Shown: positions 43,747 to 53,512 of the stretch, piece by piece | Position numbering within the stretch: the stretch's first letter is position 1 | Layout: each line of letters starts with the position of its first letter | From: a virus | DNA: 64,000 nucleotides | Direction: 5' to 3' (one strand) | Virus record (IMG/VR): IMGVR_UViG_3300027826_000006 | Translations under genes and position numbers: made by a program | The notes under the pieces: generated by a model | Seen by the model: the letters and a program-made list of their open reading frames with translations, nothing else | Database searches by the model: none | Told to the model about the DNA's origin: nothing

Positions 43747-44346
43747 ATGTACATTGGCCGCCACGCCGAAGTGAATCTGGATAAGCAGGACAGGATTCGC
43801 GGGCTGGACAATCCATCGCTCAACGAGAAGGGCCAGCGCGATGCCAAGAAGTTGGTGGAGCTATTTGCCGACATCCCCCTTTCCGCCATCTATTCCGACG
43901 ATCTGGCGCGCACCATAGAGACAGCTACGCCGCTGGCCGAGGCCAAGGGACTGCCACTGAAGATTGACACCGATCTGCGCTCTTGGGACGTGGGCAGCGA
44001 ACTAGAGGGCCAACCGCTCGATGAGCATCGTGAGGAAATAGACCAACTCAAGGGCAACCCTGAACAGATACCGGTAGCCGGTCAGTCGTGGGGAAGTTTT
44101 TGCCGCCAAGTGCAAGCCGCATTCCGTCGCCACATGGATGAATCCCTGTCGGCAGATGCGCCGGTGCTGTTCTTCACTCACGGCTCTGCGCTGCAAGTCA
44201 TTTGGGAAGAATTGGGCGAAGAGGGCATTGGCGAAGACTATCTGGATATCCCGGTTGAGCCTGCCGGGATTGTGGCTATTTATCTTACTCGCGAGGGGTT
44301 CAAGCCTGTCATTCTTTCCGGCGAGGGCGTCAACGAAGACGAGTGA
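43747..44346 (+). CDS. histidine phosphatase (PGAM-like) family protein
   Basis: IGRHAEV (RHG motif), LARTIETA, FFTHGSAL. An alternative upstream start lies at 43672. Confidence 0.6.
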   Translation: MYIGRHAEVNLDKQDRIRGLDNPSLNEKGQRDAKKLVELFADIPLSAIYSDDLARTIETATPLAEAKGLPLKIDTDLRSWDVGSELEGQPLDEHREEIDQLKGNPEQIPVAGQSWGSFCRQVQAAFRRHMDESLSADAPVLFFTHGSALQVIWEELGEEGIGEDYLDIPVEPAGIVAIYLTREGFKPVILSGEGVNEDE

Positions 44347-44407
44347 TGTCCATTTAATGGTCACATTCTCTATACTGGGCTTGGTCGGCGGTCGCAGGCA
44401 TCTAATC

Positions 44408-44734
44408 TCATATCGCGTCTCCTGACGCACTGGCCTGTAGGGAACCGCCGACCGCTTCTGATTCTATCCCGCCCACATTCCAGCGCCGGAATGACGGCTT
44501 GCCGGGTGTGGCGTATTGTTCAATCACTTTCCATTTGCGCTTATCGCCCATCAGGGTTACAACTTGCCCCGGTTTCAATTTCCGGTCAACCCATGTAATC
44601 ATGCCGTTGTGCCCGCTCTCTAGTTGTGTCTGATACCACCGTTCCTGCTTCATCAAAGGAAGCATACAGCAAGTTCGATAAACTAGACGAGAAATGTCCA
44701 TCATGCCGCTCATTACTCCCGCAACTGAGTACAC
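44408..44734 (-). CDS. possible reverse-strand gene (only minus-strand candidate in the window)
   Basis: Non-repetitive 108-aa ORF filling a plus-strand coding gap (44347-44693): WYQTQLESGHNGMITWVDRKLKPGQVVTLMGDKRKWKVIEQYATPGKPSF. Confidence 0.3.
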   Translation of the reverse strand: MYSVAGVMSGMMDISRLVYRTCCMLPLMKQERWYQTQLESGHNGMITWVDRKLKPGQVVTLMGDKRKWKVIEQYATPGKPSFRRWNVGGIESEAVGGSLQASASGDAI

Positions 44735-45287
44735 CCCGCTGCCTAAAACTTCGGCACCCTATGGGTTCACGAAGAACTTCAAAGACCCGCAAATGCTCCC
44801 GCGCGAGGAATTGCTTCCTGCCGGTGACCGCGAAGAGTTATTGAGGCTATGGGAAGACACTGATCGCATGATTAGTTCCCAGCGTTATCCCGACCAAGAA
44901 GGATTCAAGGACGTTAAAAAGCAGATGGGTGAAATCATGCACTCATCCATCTTGATCCGGCGCATTCAAAAACTGAATGCCAATCTCATTGTCGAAGATA
45001 GTAAGTCGGCCAAGGGGAATGCGGCTTTCTATTGGACGGACGGCAAGGTCAAGAAATATACCAATGCCTCGTTTCCACTGGGCTGGGTGAATGAATTCAC
45101 GGTTATTCAGACCGATGCTGCCGACTTGCCGGTGCAGCCCATCTATGGCTGGCGCGCGGTGCTGGTGCGCTTACTGAAATTCGGGGCGATTACATGGCAA
45201 CAGGTGCTTGACACGTTCGGCGACGTTCACCACTGGGATCATCGCGGCAAGCACTGGCATCACAATGTTAAAGATTTCAGGGGATAA
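44694..45287 (+). CDS. hypothetical protein
   Basis: ORF only. Confidence 0.45.
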   Translation: MSIMPLITPATEYTPLPKTSAPYGFTKNFKDPQMLPREELLPAGDREELLRLWEDTDRMISSQRYPDQEGFKDVKKQMGEIMHSSILIRRIQKLNANLIVEDSKSAKGNAAFYWTDGKVKKYTNASFPLGWVNEFTVIQTDAADLPVQPIYGWRAVLVRLLKFGAITWQQVLDTFGDVHHWDHRGKHWHHNVKDFRG

Positions 45288-45480
45288 CTGTGGCTATTAT
45301 TATTCATGCGTTGGGCGATATCGCATCCAGCATTACCAATCCGGGCGGCTACTTCGCCATGCCAGAACAGCGCCCGATAGAACGTCCAGCGGTAATGGCC
45401 ATGAAGGCAGAAATTCGCCCCAACATCTTCCAGCGTGCCTATACTTCTGTGTTGCGGTGGCTTGGCATATAATTGCCTGC

Positions 45481-46863
45481 ATGGCGAAGTTTCACATCAC
45501 AATTGCTCGTCCCGATGGTTTCATTCACACTGCCGGTTTCGCTGAAATCATTGATTCCCTATCGTGGTCGCTTTCGGCGCTGGGCCATGAAGTCATCATC
45601 GCGGAAAACGCTTTTTCGGCAGATGGACATAACATCCTGTTTGGGGCCGAATTACTCTCGCCGGAACAGAAGTTACCCGCGAATGTCGTCATCTTCCAGT
45701 TGGAACAGCCCACCCACCCCAATTTCAAGTATGTGCAGCAATTGGCGCAGGGTCGGAAAATCTGGGAATACAATCTCAGCAACATGCGGCAGTGGCGCAC
45801 CGATGGCTATGATGTGATTCACATTCCTGTCGGCTACACCCCCAACCTGACCAAGATACCCAAGGCAGCCACGCAGGATATTGACGTGTTTTTCTCCGGC
45901 TGGATTACTGACCGACGCCAGAAGATTGTGAATGATCTTCGGACAAAAGGTATGAATGTGGTCGCGGTGAATCTGACCTATGGCGGGGCGCGCGACCAAC
46001 TAATCTCTCGCGCCAAAGTCTGCCTGAATATGAACCACGATGGGCGCACGCACTTTAATATCCAGCGAGTGTCATTCCTGATGGCCAACTCGAAGTGCAT
46101 TGTGACCGAACATTCATCTGACCAGCACAACTACGGCACGATCTTGCAGGGCATGGCGGACGTGGTTCCTTATAACCAACTGGTGGATGCCTGCGTGCGC
46201 TTGGTCGCAAATAAAGAGCGCCGCGAGCTATTCGAGAAGCGATCTTTTGAAATCTTCAGCCAGATAGATTTCGTGGAGACCGTCCGGCAGGCCGTCGCCG
46301 AACTGCCGAAGCCAAATGCTATCTTGGCGCGCTACGAAGAGGGTTGCCGCGAGGGCGACATGAAAGAATACCTGCCCTTCATTCGCGACAACGCGAAAGG
46401 CAAGTGCCTCGAAATAGGTGTTCGTGATGGTGGCAGCACCAGCGCATTTTTGCTTGGACTAGAGAAGAACGGGGGTCACCTGACATCCATTGATCTTGCT
46501 GACTGCTCTGGGTTATGGGAGCATCCGCAGTGGACGTTCATTCAGGCGAATACTCAGACCACGCCATGGGGCGAGATTCTGGGTCATGAACATGAGCACG
46601 ACGTGTACGATATGGCACTGGTGGACGGCGACCATTCTCGCGAAGGCTACCTGCGCGATTTGAATGCCTGCTACGCCATGGTTAGGAACAACGGCCTGAT
46701 TCTCTCGCATGATATAGCCCCAGCGAAGACGCTGGAAAAAGACGGCGGAGACTATCCGAGTGTGGCCATCGGGGAAGAGTTTAAGAAGTTTGCGGATAGC
46801 CATGGCTTGGTCAGTTTCACCCTGCCCGGAACCTACGGCATGGGAGTAATGGTGAGGAAATGA
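45481..46863 (+). CDS. bifunctional glycosyltransferase-like / class I SAM-dependent methyltransferase (TylF/CmcI-like C-terminal domain)
   Basis: ATG at 45481. C-terminal LEIGVRDGGSTSAFLLGL...LVDGDHSREGYLRDLNACYAMVRNNGLILSHDI. Confidence 0.55.
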   Translation: MAKFHITIARPDGFIHTAGFAEIIDSLSWSLSALGHEVIIAENAFSADGHNILFGAELLSPEQKLPANVVIFQLEQPTHPNFKYVQQLAQGRKIWEYNLSNMRQWRTDGYDVIHIPVGYTPNLTKIPKAATQDIDVFFSGWITDRRQKIVNDLRTKGMNVVAVNLTYGGARDQLISRAKVCLNMNHDGRTHFNIQRVSFLMANSKCIVTEHSSDQHNYGTILQGMADVVPYNQLVDACVRLVANKERRELFEKRSFEIFSQIDFVETVRQAVAELPKPNAILARYEEGCREGDMKEYLPFIRDNAKGKCLEIGVRDGGSTSAFLLGLEKNGGHLTSIDLADCSGLWEHPQWTFIQANTQTTPWGEILGHEHEHDVYDMALVDGDHSREGYLRDLNACYAMVRNNGLILSHDIAPAKTLEKDGGDYPSVAIGEEFKKFADSHGLVSFTLPGTYGMGVMVRK

Positions 46864-47888
46864 ACAAGATCAATACGCTGGTGACGGGCGGCGCTGGCTT
46901 TATCGGCAGTCATGTGGTGGATTCACTGCTGGCGCTAGGCCACGACGTGCTGGTGTTGGATGATCTGTCGGGCGGCTTCAAGGAGAATGTCAACCCGGCA
47001 GCTACATTCATCCATGGTTCCGTCGCAGACCCGAAGATAATCGCGGATATATTCTCATCGCACCAAATCGACTACATATATCATCTTGGGGCTTATGCGG
47101 CGGAGGGGTTGAGTCATTTTATCCGTTGCTACAACTATTTGAACAATCTCGTTGGCTCGACCTATCTATTAAATGCCGCGCTTAACCATGGGGGCATTAA
47201 ATGCTTCGTGTTCACTTCGTCCATCGCGGTCTACGGCGCAGCACAATGCCCAATGACCGAGGAAACGGTTCCGAGGCCGGACGATCCATATGGCATCGCG
47301 AAGTATGCCTTCGAGTTAGACCTACAGGCCGCGCGGAAAATGTTTGGTCAACACTACATTGTGTTTCGCCCTCATAATGTCATAGGCGAACGACAGAATA
47401 TAGGCGATCCATATCGGAACGTTGTAGGCATCTTCATGAATCAGTGTATGCAGGGACGACCGCTTACCATTTTTGGCGACGGCTTCCAGAAGCGCGCGTT
47501 TACCCATGTATCAGATGTCGCACCCATTATCGCCAATTCCGTCAACATTCCAGCAGCTTACGATCAAGTGTTCAATATTGGAGCGGATACGCCGTATTCA
47601 GTAAATGAACTGGCTTCAATGGTGCAAAAAGTAATGGGCACGTCATTGCGCATGGAGCACCTGCCAGCCCGCGAAGAAGTAGTTATGGCATTCAGCAACC
47701 ACGACAAATGTAAGCGCGTGTTCGGCGAGACGGCGAAAGTTGGACTGGAAGAAGGTTTGCAGCGCATGGCGGCATGGGCGAAACAGCACGGCGCGCGCAC
47801 CGGTAAGGCATTTGCTAATATCGAAATCGAGCGCAACATGCCACAATCGTGGCGGCAGCTTACGTGGCACAATAATCCGCTACCATGA
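46860..47888 (+). CDS. NAD-dependent sugar epimerase/dehydratase (SDR family)
   Basis: LVTGGAGFIGSHVVD (GxxGxxG), YGIAKYAFE (YxxxK). Confidence 0.8.
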   Translation: MNKINTLVTGGAGFIGSHVVDSLLALGHDVLVLDDLSGGFKENVNPAATFIHGSVADPKIIADIFSSHQIDYIYHLGAYAAEGLSHFIRCYNYLNNLVGSTYLLNAALNHGGIKCFVFTSSIAVYGAAQCPMTEETVPRPDDPYGIAKYAFELDLQAARKMFGQHYIVFRPHNVIGERQNIGDPYRNVVGIFMNQCMQGRPLTIFGDGFQKRAFTHVSDVAPIIANSVNIPAAYDQVFNIGADTPYSVNELASMVQKVMGTSLRMEHLPAREEVVMAFSNHDKCKRVFGETAKVGLEEGLQRMAAWAKQHGARTGKAFANIEIERNMPQSWRQLTWHNNPLP

Positions 47889-48523
47889 CCTACGTTTTCA
47901 AAGACCCACACGGTGAGCAAGTGATGCGGGTGGGAGCCATCCGCAAGTGGGGATATCGTGGAGAATACATAAAGATGCACGGTACCGCCAAAGAGAACTG
48001 GAAGTTTTTCGTCGAGAAGTTCATTCGCCCCGGCGCGACCGGCAGCATCATTGACGTAGGTGCGCAGGACATCAATGGTACCGTTCGCGATCTCATCCCC
48101 GAGGGATTCACCTATACCGGCGTAGACTGCGCGCGCGGTAAGAATGTAGATGTTGTGGCGCAAGACCCATACAAACTGGAATTCTCAGACGGCCACGCCG
48201 ACATTGTGATGTCCACGTCCACCTTGGAGCATGTAGAGTTTTTCTGGCTACTTTTTACCGAGATGGCGCGCGTGACCAAAACTAATGGCCTGATCTACCT
48301 GAATGTTCCTACGGCTGGGCCATACCATCCCTGCCCGGTAGACTGCTGGCGCTTTTATCCAGACGCCGGGGCGGCGCTTGAGCGGTGGAGTGTGCGCAGT
48401 GGCATGCCAGTGAAACTGCTCTATGGCCATGTGACCGAATTCACCTTCACCGACGAAGAGGGCAACATTGTTAGCGGCGACCAGTGGCGCGACTGGACTG
48501 CGATCTATCGGAGGATGGGATGA
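47885..48523 (+). CDS. class I SAM-dependent methyltransferase
   Basis: IIDVGAQDINGT (motif I), DIVMSTSTLEHV. Confidence 0.6.
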   Translation: MTYVFKDPHGEQVMRVGAIRKWGYRGEYIKMHGTAKENWKFFVEKFIRPGATGSIIDVGAQDINGTVRDLIPEGFTYTGVDCARGKNVDVVAQDPYKLEFSDGHADIVMSTSTLEHVEFFWLLFTEMARVTKTNGLIYLNVPTAGPYHPCPVDCWRFYPDAGAALERWSVRSGMPVKLLYGHVTEFTFTDEEGNIVSGDQWRDWTAIYRRMG

Positions 48524-49443
48524 AGATTCTGTTTCTGTCGAATGGCGACAAACCGGATTATCAGCAGGATACTGTCTTCCATGGTCTGCGTTCGCTGTTA
48601 GGCCCGGACGTAGTTGACTACCATCGCCTGTTCTTCATGTACAAAGATGATCCCTGCGAGAAGGCGTCGCTTTATGGTCGCGGATTCTCGTTGTATAAAA
48701 CCCTTCCCTCGGATGCCGACGTAGATCGCACCGACATCATTGCGAAGATCAAAGCGAAGTTCTTCGATCTAATCGTCTATGGCAACATCAACCGGTGCCA
48801 AGCGTTCTGGGGTGGAGTGAACAGCATCTATCCGCCTCATAAGATTGTGTTGCTGGACGGCGAAGATCATCCCTACGCTCTAAAGATGCCGGGATATCCT
48901 TACTTCAAGCGCGAACTGGGCGGCGATCCATACCATCTGTGGATGCCGATTCACTTTGGAATTCCCAAGGAAAAGATACCGGCAGAGCGGCCAGCCAAAA
49001 CCAAGTTCATGGCGGATTATGATCCGCTCACCGCGCAGTCCTACACTTTCGAGAATGAGGCCGATTATTATCAGGGCTACGCGGAAAGCTACTTCGGGGC
49101 CACGATGCGCAAGTCTGGCTGGGAGTGTATGCGCCACACTGAAATTCTGAGCCAATGGTGCCTGCCCTATTTTCGCCTGATTGAGGCCGCCCCGCCGCTA
49201 ACCATGCACCGCCTGCCGCGCAGGGAACTGGTAATAGTGAAGGAATTGATAGAGTATGGCGAGGCTGGCTGCCTGACTGCCGTACAGTTCTACGACCGCG
49301 TGATTGACTCAGTGATGGCGCACGTGCGCGCCAATCTCACTACCGAAGCGGTGGCCAAGTACGCGCTGGATTCAGTGGCCAGTTTTGGTACAGTAGCCCC
49401 GCCAGCGCCCGAGGCTGGGGTTATTGTCACTTCGCATTCCTGA
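48520..49443 (+). CDS. hypothetical protein (glycan-cluster member)
   Basis: ATG at 48520 after GGAGGATGGG. Confidence 0.45.
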   Translation: MKILFLSNGDKPDYQQDTVFHGLRSLLGPDVVDYHRLFFMYKDDPCEKASLYGRGFSLYKTLPSDADVDRTDIIAKIKAKFFDLIVYGNINRCQAFWGGVNSIYPPHKIVLLDGEDHPYALKMPGYPYFKRELGGDPYHLWMPIHFGIPKEKIPAERPAKTKFMADYDPLTAQSYTFENEADYYQGYAESYFGATMRKSGWECMRHTEILSQWCLPYFRLIEAAPPLTMHRLPRRELVIVKELIEYGEAGCLTAVQFYDRVIDSVMAHVRANLTTEAVAKYALDSVASFGTVAPPAPEAGVIVTSHS

Positions 49444-49928
49444 TGCCATACAAAGACCCAAATAAGCAAAAAGAATGGCACGCGGCGTGGTACCGTGCGC
49501 ACAAACAAGAGCATATCGCTAGAACTACCAACAACCGCCGCCAGCGGCGCGCCACCGACCCCAATGGGTTTCGGGCTAGGGAGCGAGAACGATATGGCGC
49601 GAACGCGGAACAACGAAAACAATCATGGAGGAAATACAAATTGAAAAAGCCAAATCAGTTTCGGGCTGGACATTATCGTCGGAAATATGGCATCACACCA
49701 GAAGCGGTAGAGCGCATGAAAATTGAACAGAGCAATAGGTGTGCCATTTGTCGCGAAGAATTTGAAAAGCAGCCACACGTAGATCACGATCATTCGACCA
49801 AGGCCGTGCGGAAATTGTTGGATTTCGACTGCAATCGTGGGCTTGGTTGCTTCGGGGACAATCCGGCATTACTTTTCAACGCCGCCTTTTATCTCATCTC
49901 CCACAAGGATATTCCTACCATCAGTTGA
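49443..49928 (+). CDS. endonuclease VII-family (recombination endonuclease VII-like) protein
   Basis: YGITPEAVERMKIEQSNRCAICREEF...HVDHDHSTKAVRKLLDFDCNRGLG. Confidence 0.75.
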   Translation: MPYKDPNKQKEWHAAWYRAHKQEHIARTTNNRRQRRATDPNGFRARERERYGANAEQRKQSWRKYKLKKPNQFRAGHYRRKYGITPEAVERMKIEQSNRCAICREEFEKQPHVDHDHSTKAVRKLLDFDCNRGLGCFGDNPALLFNAAFYLISHKDIPTIS

Positions 49929-49997
49929 CGTTGCGGTGCCTCCTGCAACTTGCGCACTATTTGTGTTGTCCAGCTTTGGACTTAGCAGGAGGCTTTA

Positions 49998-50390
49998 ATG
50001 AGTAACGTCGGTAACCTTAGTTCCGCCCAGTCGTCCAGCGTTGGAATGTGGTGTGAAGCAACCGTTAACCAGAATATATCCATCTCCGCCAACTCTAACG
50101 CGACTGCTACGTTCGTTGCTCCCGCTGCGGGGTCTGGTTCTTATTTCACATCGAACACCTTCAGCCTGCCCATCGCGGTGACGTTGCTGACCAACACAAA
50201 CTACAACTCGCCGTCGCCGAACATCCAGAACGCCAATACCAGTATTTTGCAGGCGGGCGGAAGCATCGGCATCACGGGTGTATTCCAGAACGCAGCCGGT
50301 ATCAACGTGCAGCTTAACAACGTGAGCGGCGCGACGCAGAACGTCAACACCAACTCGCGATTCCTGTTCGTATTCAACAACGGAATCTAA
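49998..50390 (+). CDS. Asn/Thr/Ser-rich small structural-type protein, paralog 1
   Basis: Low-complexity N/T/S composition with N-x-S/T sequons. Paralog of the next ORF. Confidence 0.45.
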   Translation: MSNVGNLSSAQSSSVGMWCEATVNQNISISANSNATATFVAPAAGSGSYFTSNTFSLPIAVTLLTNTNYNSPSPNIQNANTSILQAGGSIGITGVFQNAAGINVQLNNVSGATQNVNTNSRFLFVFNNGI

Positions 50391-50409
50391 GGCGGGGGGA
50401 GGATAGGCT

Positions 50410-50775
50410 ATGGCATTTCAACGCTCAAACTGGACTCGCACGGCAAGCGCAGAGCACGCGCGCGTCTACTCAAACTCCGCTATCGCCACTGGCAACATTA
50501 CCGGTAACGGCGGCGCTACTACAATCACTCTGACTGTTCCTTGGCAGTTTCAGGGCAACGGCCAGATTGACGTATCAATACCGCCATCCACGAACGGAAT
50601 TACCGCTAACTCGGCTGCGCAGATCGGCGTAGTGCAGTTGATTGCGCCATCCAGCACAACCTATTCCGGTGGCCAGTCTGGCAACCACCCGCGCGTACAG
50701 TTGCAGGTGGTGAACGTCTCCAACGCGAACGTAAACATCCAGACGACTACCGATTTGATTCTGGTTCAATATTAA
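50410..50775 (+). CDS. Asn/Thr/Ser-rich small structural-type protein, paralog 2
   Basis: Similar composition and ...NVSxA(N/T)xNVNxxxR/T... motif to 49998..50390. Confidence 0.45.
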   Translation: MAFQRSNWTRTASAEHARVYSNSAIATGNITGNGGATTITLTVPWQFQGNGQIDVSIPPSTNGITANSAAQIGVVQLIAPSSTTYSGGQSGNHPRVQLQVVNVSNANVNIQTTTDLILVQY

Positions 50776-50823
50776 GAGAAACGAAGCGATAGTTTGAGCA
50801 CCAAAGGTTAACTGATCGCACTT

Positions 50824-51153
50824 ATGAAAGTCCGCTGGAACTCCTACGAAACCGTGCCGCTCGAAATGGGCGGCGGCCCCGATGACTACATCGTGGAAGT
50901 GTACGACCCCAACAATAATTTACTCACCGTAAAACTCACCGAATACCGCACCTCCGGCGAAGTCTTCATCAAGGTTAATGCGCGGCGCGGTTCCTCAGAT
51001 GTGGAACCTAGTCCATTGCAGATTGACCAATACGCCATCAATGTGACAACCTACGAACAAGATCATATTCCAATGCAATATGCTCCTATCCTTCGTCATG
51101 AAGTACATGGGAAGACCTTGCGAATTTGGGTGGATGCGTGCCTGCCGAACTGA
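50824..51153 (+). CDS. hypothetical protein
   Basis: ORF only. Confidence 0.4.
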   Translation: MKVRWNSYETVPLEMGGGPDDYIVEVYDPNNNLLTVKLTEYRTSGEVFIKVNARRGSSDVEPSPLQIDQYAINVTTYEQDHIPMQYAPILRHEVHGKTLRIWVDACLPN

Positions 51154-51707
51154 AACTAGAAACAGCATTAAAAATTCATGGCCTTATGCCGCCGCACGAA
51201 GTACATGCGTTGGCCGAACTAGCCTCTAAATACAAGCGCATCTTTGAAATTGGTGCGCATCTGGGCCGCTCTACGCGCGCCATGGCCGACAATACCGAGG
51301 GTACCGTGGTCACCGCCGATGACTTTAATGGGCCGCGCGACGCGGTTATCCCATGGAAAGATCGCCACGAAATGTATGACAAGTTTCTGGCCAACATGGG
51401 CGAATACATCGCGACCAAGAAAGTAATTGCGTGGAAGGTTGACCACAAGACCATGAGCAAGGGCGGACTGGCCGAATTCTTGGGTGAGGAGCCGCAATTC
51501 GATATGGTGTTTCTGGATGGGTCTCACGCTTACGAAGACGTAAGGCGCGATCTGGCTTTTGGGATGTCGATTCTGACTCCGGGCGGACTGCTGTGTGGCC
51601 ATGACTACACTATGAATAGCCCCGGCGTGCTGTGTGCTCTGGGCGAGATATGGCAGCAAGCCATGGATGTTCTGCCCGGTACGACAATCTGGGTGAAACA
51701 GTTATGA
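51126..51707 (+). CDS. class I SAM-dependent methyltransferase (TylF/MycF-like)
   Basis: FEIGAHLGRSTRAMA, FLDGSHAYEDVRRDL, LCGHDY. Confidence 0.6.
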   Translation: MGGCVPAELKLETALKIHGLMPPHEVHALAELASKYKRIFEIGAHLGRSTRAMADNTEGTVVTADDFNGPRDAVIPWKDRHEMYDKFLANMGEYIATKKVIAWKVDHKTMSKGGLAEFLGEEPQFDMVFLDGSHAYEDVRRDLAFGMSILTPGGLLCGHDYTMNSPGVLCALGEIWQQAMDVLPGTTIWVKQL

Positions 51708-52522
51708 GTACCTTGCCCGCAATGAACATCGCCAACCTGACCGGCAAAAGCCTGATGTTGGCTACGCCTGTCTATAACCTGACCGCCTCCACCACCTACC
51801 AGAACAGCATTCTGGAACTGGCATCGCTGTGCCGCGCCTATGGCGTGATGTTCTCCTATGCCTCACTGCATGACAGCTTGGTCACGCGCGCCCGCAATCG
51901 CTTGGTAGATATCTTTCTCTCGCAACCGCAGTATGACTACCACATGTGGGTTGACTCCGATATTCAATTCAGCCCGCCCGATGTCCTGCAACTGATGATG
52001 CGGATGGATGCCGATCACGAATTTATCTGTGGCGCGTATCCCAAAAAGCAGATCAACTGGCATCGCGTCAGAGATGCGGTGCGCAAGAATCCCGACATTG
52101 AACCTTCCCAGTTAGAACTGTGCAGCAGTGATTTTGTGATGAATCTGGTATCAAAGCCCGATGGGCAGAAGATGTCATTCATCAACATCGGGGAGTTGGC
52201 AGAGATTACCGATGCTGGTACCGGTTTCATGTTGCTGCATCGGAACGTGTACAACAAATTGATTGCCTCCGGCACCATTGCCGACTATACGCCCATGGCG
52301 GACGAGCCATCGTTTGGTGGGCCGACGATCTACAACTTCTTCCACGTGGATGTAGACCAAGACACCAATAACTACCTGTCTGAAGACTATTGGTTTAGCC
52401 GCCAGTGGAAGAAGATTGGCGGCAAGGTATGGCTGGCCCCATGGGTAAACTTGGTGCATTACGGCCAGTACGCCTATAAGGGAACCCTGACCGCACTTGC
52501 GGGTATGGGGTTGAACACATGA
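51704..52522 (+). CDS. glycosyltransferase-like protein (GT-A fold, DxD)
   Basis: ATG at 51704. HMWVDSDIQFSPPD contains a DxD-like motif. Confidence 0.45.
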   Translation: MSTLPAMNIANLTGKSLMLATPVYNLTASTTYQNSILELASLCRAYGVMFSYASLHDSLVTRARNRLVDIFLSQPQYDYHMWVDSDIQFSPPDVLQLMMRMDADHEFICGAYPKKQINWHRVRDAVRKNPDIEPSQLELCSSDFVMNLVSKPDGQKMSFINIGELAEITDAGTGFMLLHRNVYNKLIASGTIADYTPMADEPSFGGPTIYNFFHVDVDQDTNNYLSEDYWFSRQWKKIGGKVWLAPWVNLVHYGQYAYKGTLTALAGMGLNT

Positions 52523-52827
52523 GTTTATCGTGGCGCTACAGGCTGGGTTGCCAATGGCGATCCGCCAAGTGGTGGATTCAATATCATTACCGGCAGGCAC
52601 GGGAGCGTTGGCGTAATCGTCACATAGAGGGTAATGTCCAATTCTGCTCTACCCTGCCAAGGGAAAAGCTGCGGTGGTTCTTGTGCCACCCAAAAAGGCA
52701 GGAAATGCTGCGCAGCGCCCCGGATAAATTGCGTACCTTCATTGAAGATCATTTCACCGATGAAGAATTCCCGATGAACACTGGGCCATTCACAGGTCTC
52801 CGATAACTTCAATAGGCTAAATACGTT

Positions 52828-53313
52828 GTGCCAGTCAAATCTCAAGAACAGGTCAATGGAGTGTCCAAAGTAGCAGAAGTTCCCCAGTCCCTAGATCAAA
52901 CCGTCGCGGTGCCAGTTGGATTCTTGGCCGAACTTATGGCCAATTTCAACAAGATGCACGAAGATTCGCTGAAGGCAATTCTTGCCGAGATGCGCAAGCC
53001 GGTGGTTGATCCCATCAAAGAAGCCCAGCAACAGCGCGCCGCCCAGAGTAAGCAACAGGCAGAAGACGCCTATTGGTCTGGCATGATCTTCAAGGCAGAG
53101 AATTGCCCGTCGTCCCACCTGCGCGAGGATGGCAGTTCGGCTATTGCATGGGCGACGCAATCAGACGGCAAGATTCGCGGCGTTTGCCAGCACTGCAATA
53201 CACTGTTCTCGCCTACGCGCAAAGAATGTGTGTCTGAGGCTGTCTGGAAGGCATACGGCGAGTTAAGGCGCATACCCTCGTCTCGCGGGAATAGTGTCAT
53301 GTACATCGGCTAA
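52828..53313 (+). CDS. hypothetical protein
   Basis: ORF only. Confidence 0.4.
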   Translation: MPVKSQEQVNGVSKVAEVPQSLDQTVAVPVGFLAELMANFNKMHEDSLKAILAEMRKPVVDPIKEAQQQRAAQSKQQAEDAYWSGMIFKAENCPSSHLREDGSSAIAWATQSDGKIRGVCQHCNTLFSPTRKECVSEAVWKAYGELRRIPSSRGNSVMYIG

Positions 53314-53512
53314 TGCGCGATCTGCGCGATACCGTGAATGCCTACTGGCTTTTGTCCCAGTTCAAGAGTCGCGCCATGACTACCAGAAACTATTGGCCGA
53401 TGTGGTGCAGCGCAAAACTGCTCGATATCGGCCATGCCATCATGGCCGTCCGCCAGCAAGAGTTTAACGAGCCTTCCGCGTAGTCCTGCAATCCCGCTAA
53501 ATTGAACACTGG

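Noticed and set aside
45208-45480. N-terminal extension of the glycosyltransferase/methyltransferase ORF (track start 45208) and small ORF 45290..45472
   Set aside because: The extension overlaps the preceding gene. The first ATG with sensible spacing is at 45481, where the conserved domain begins.
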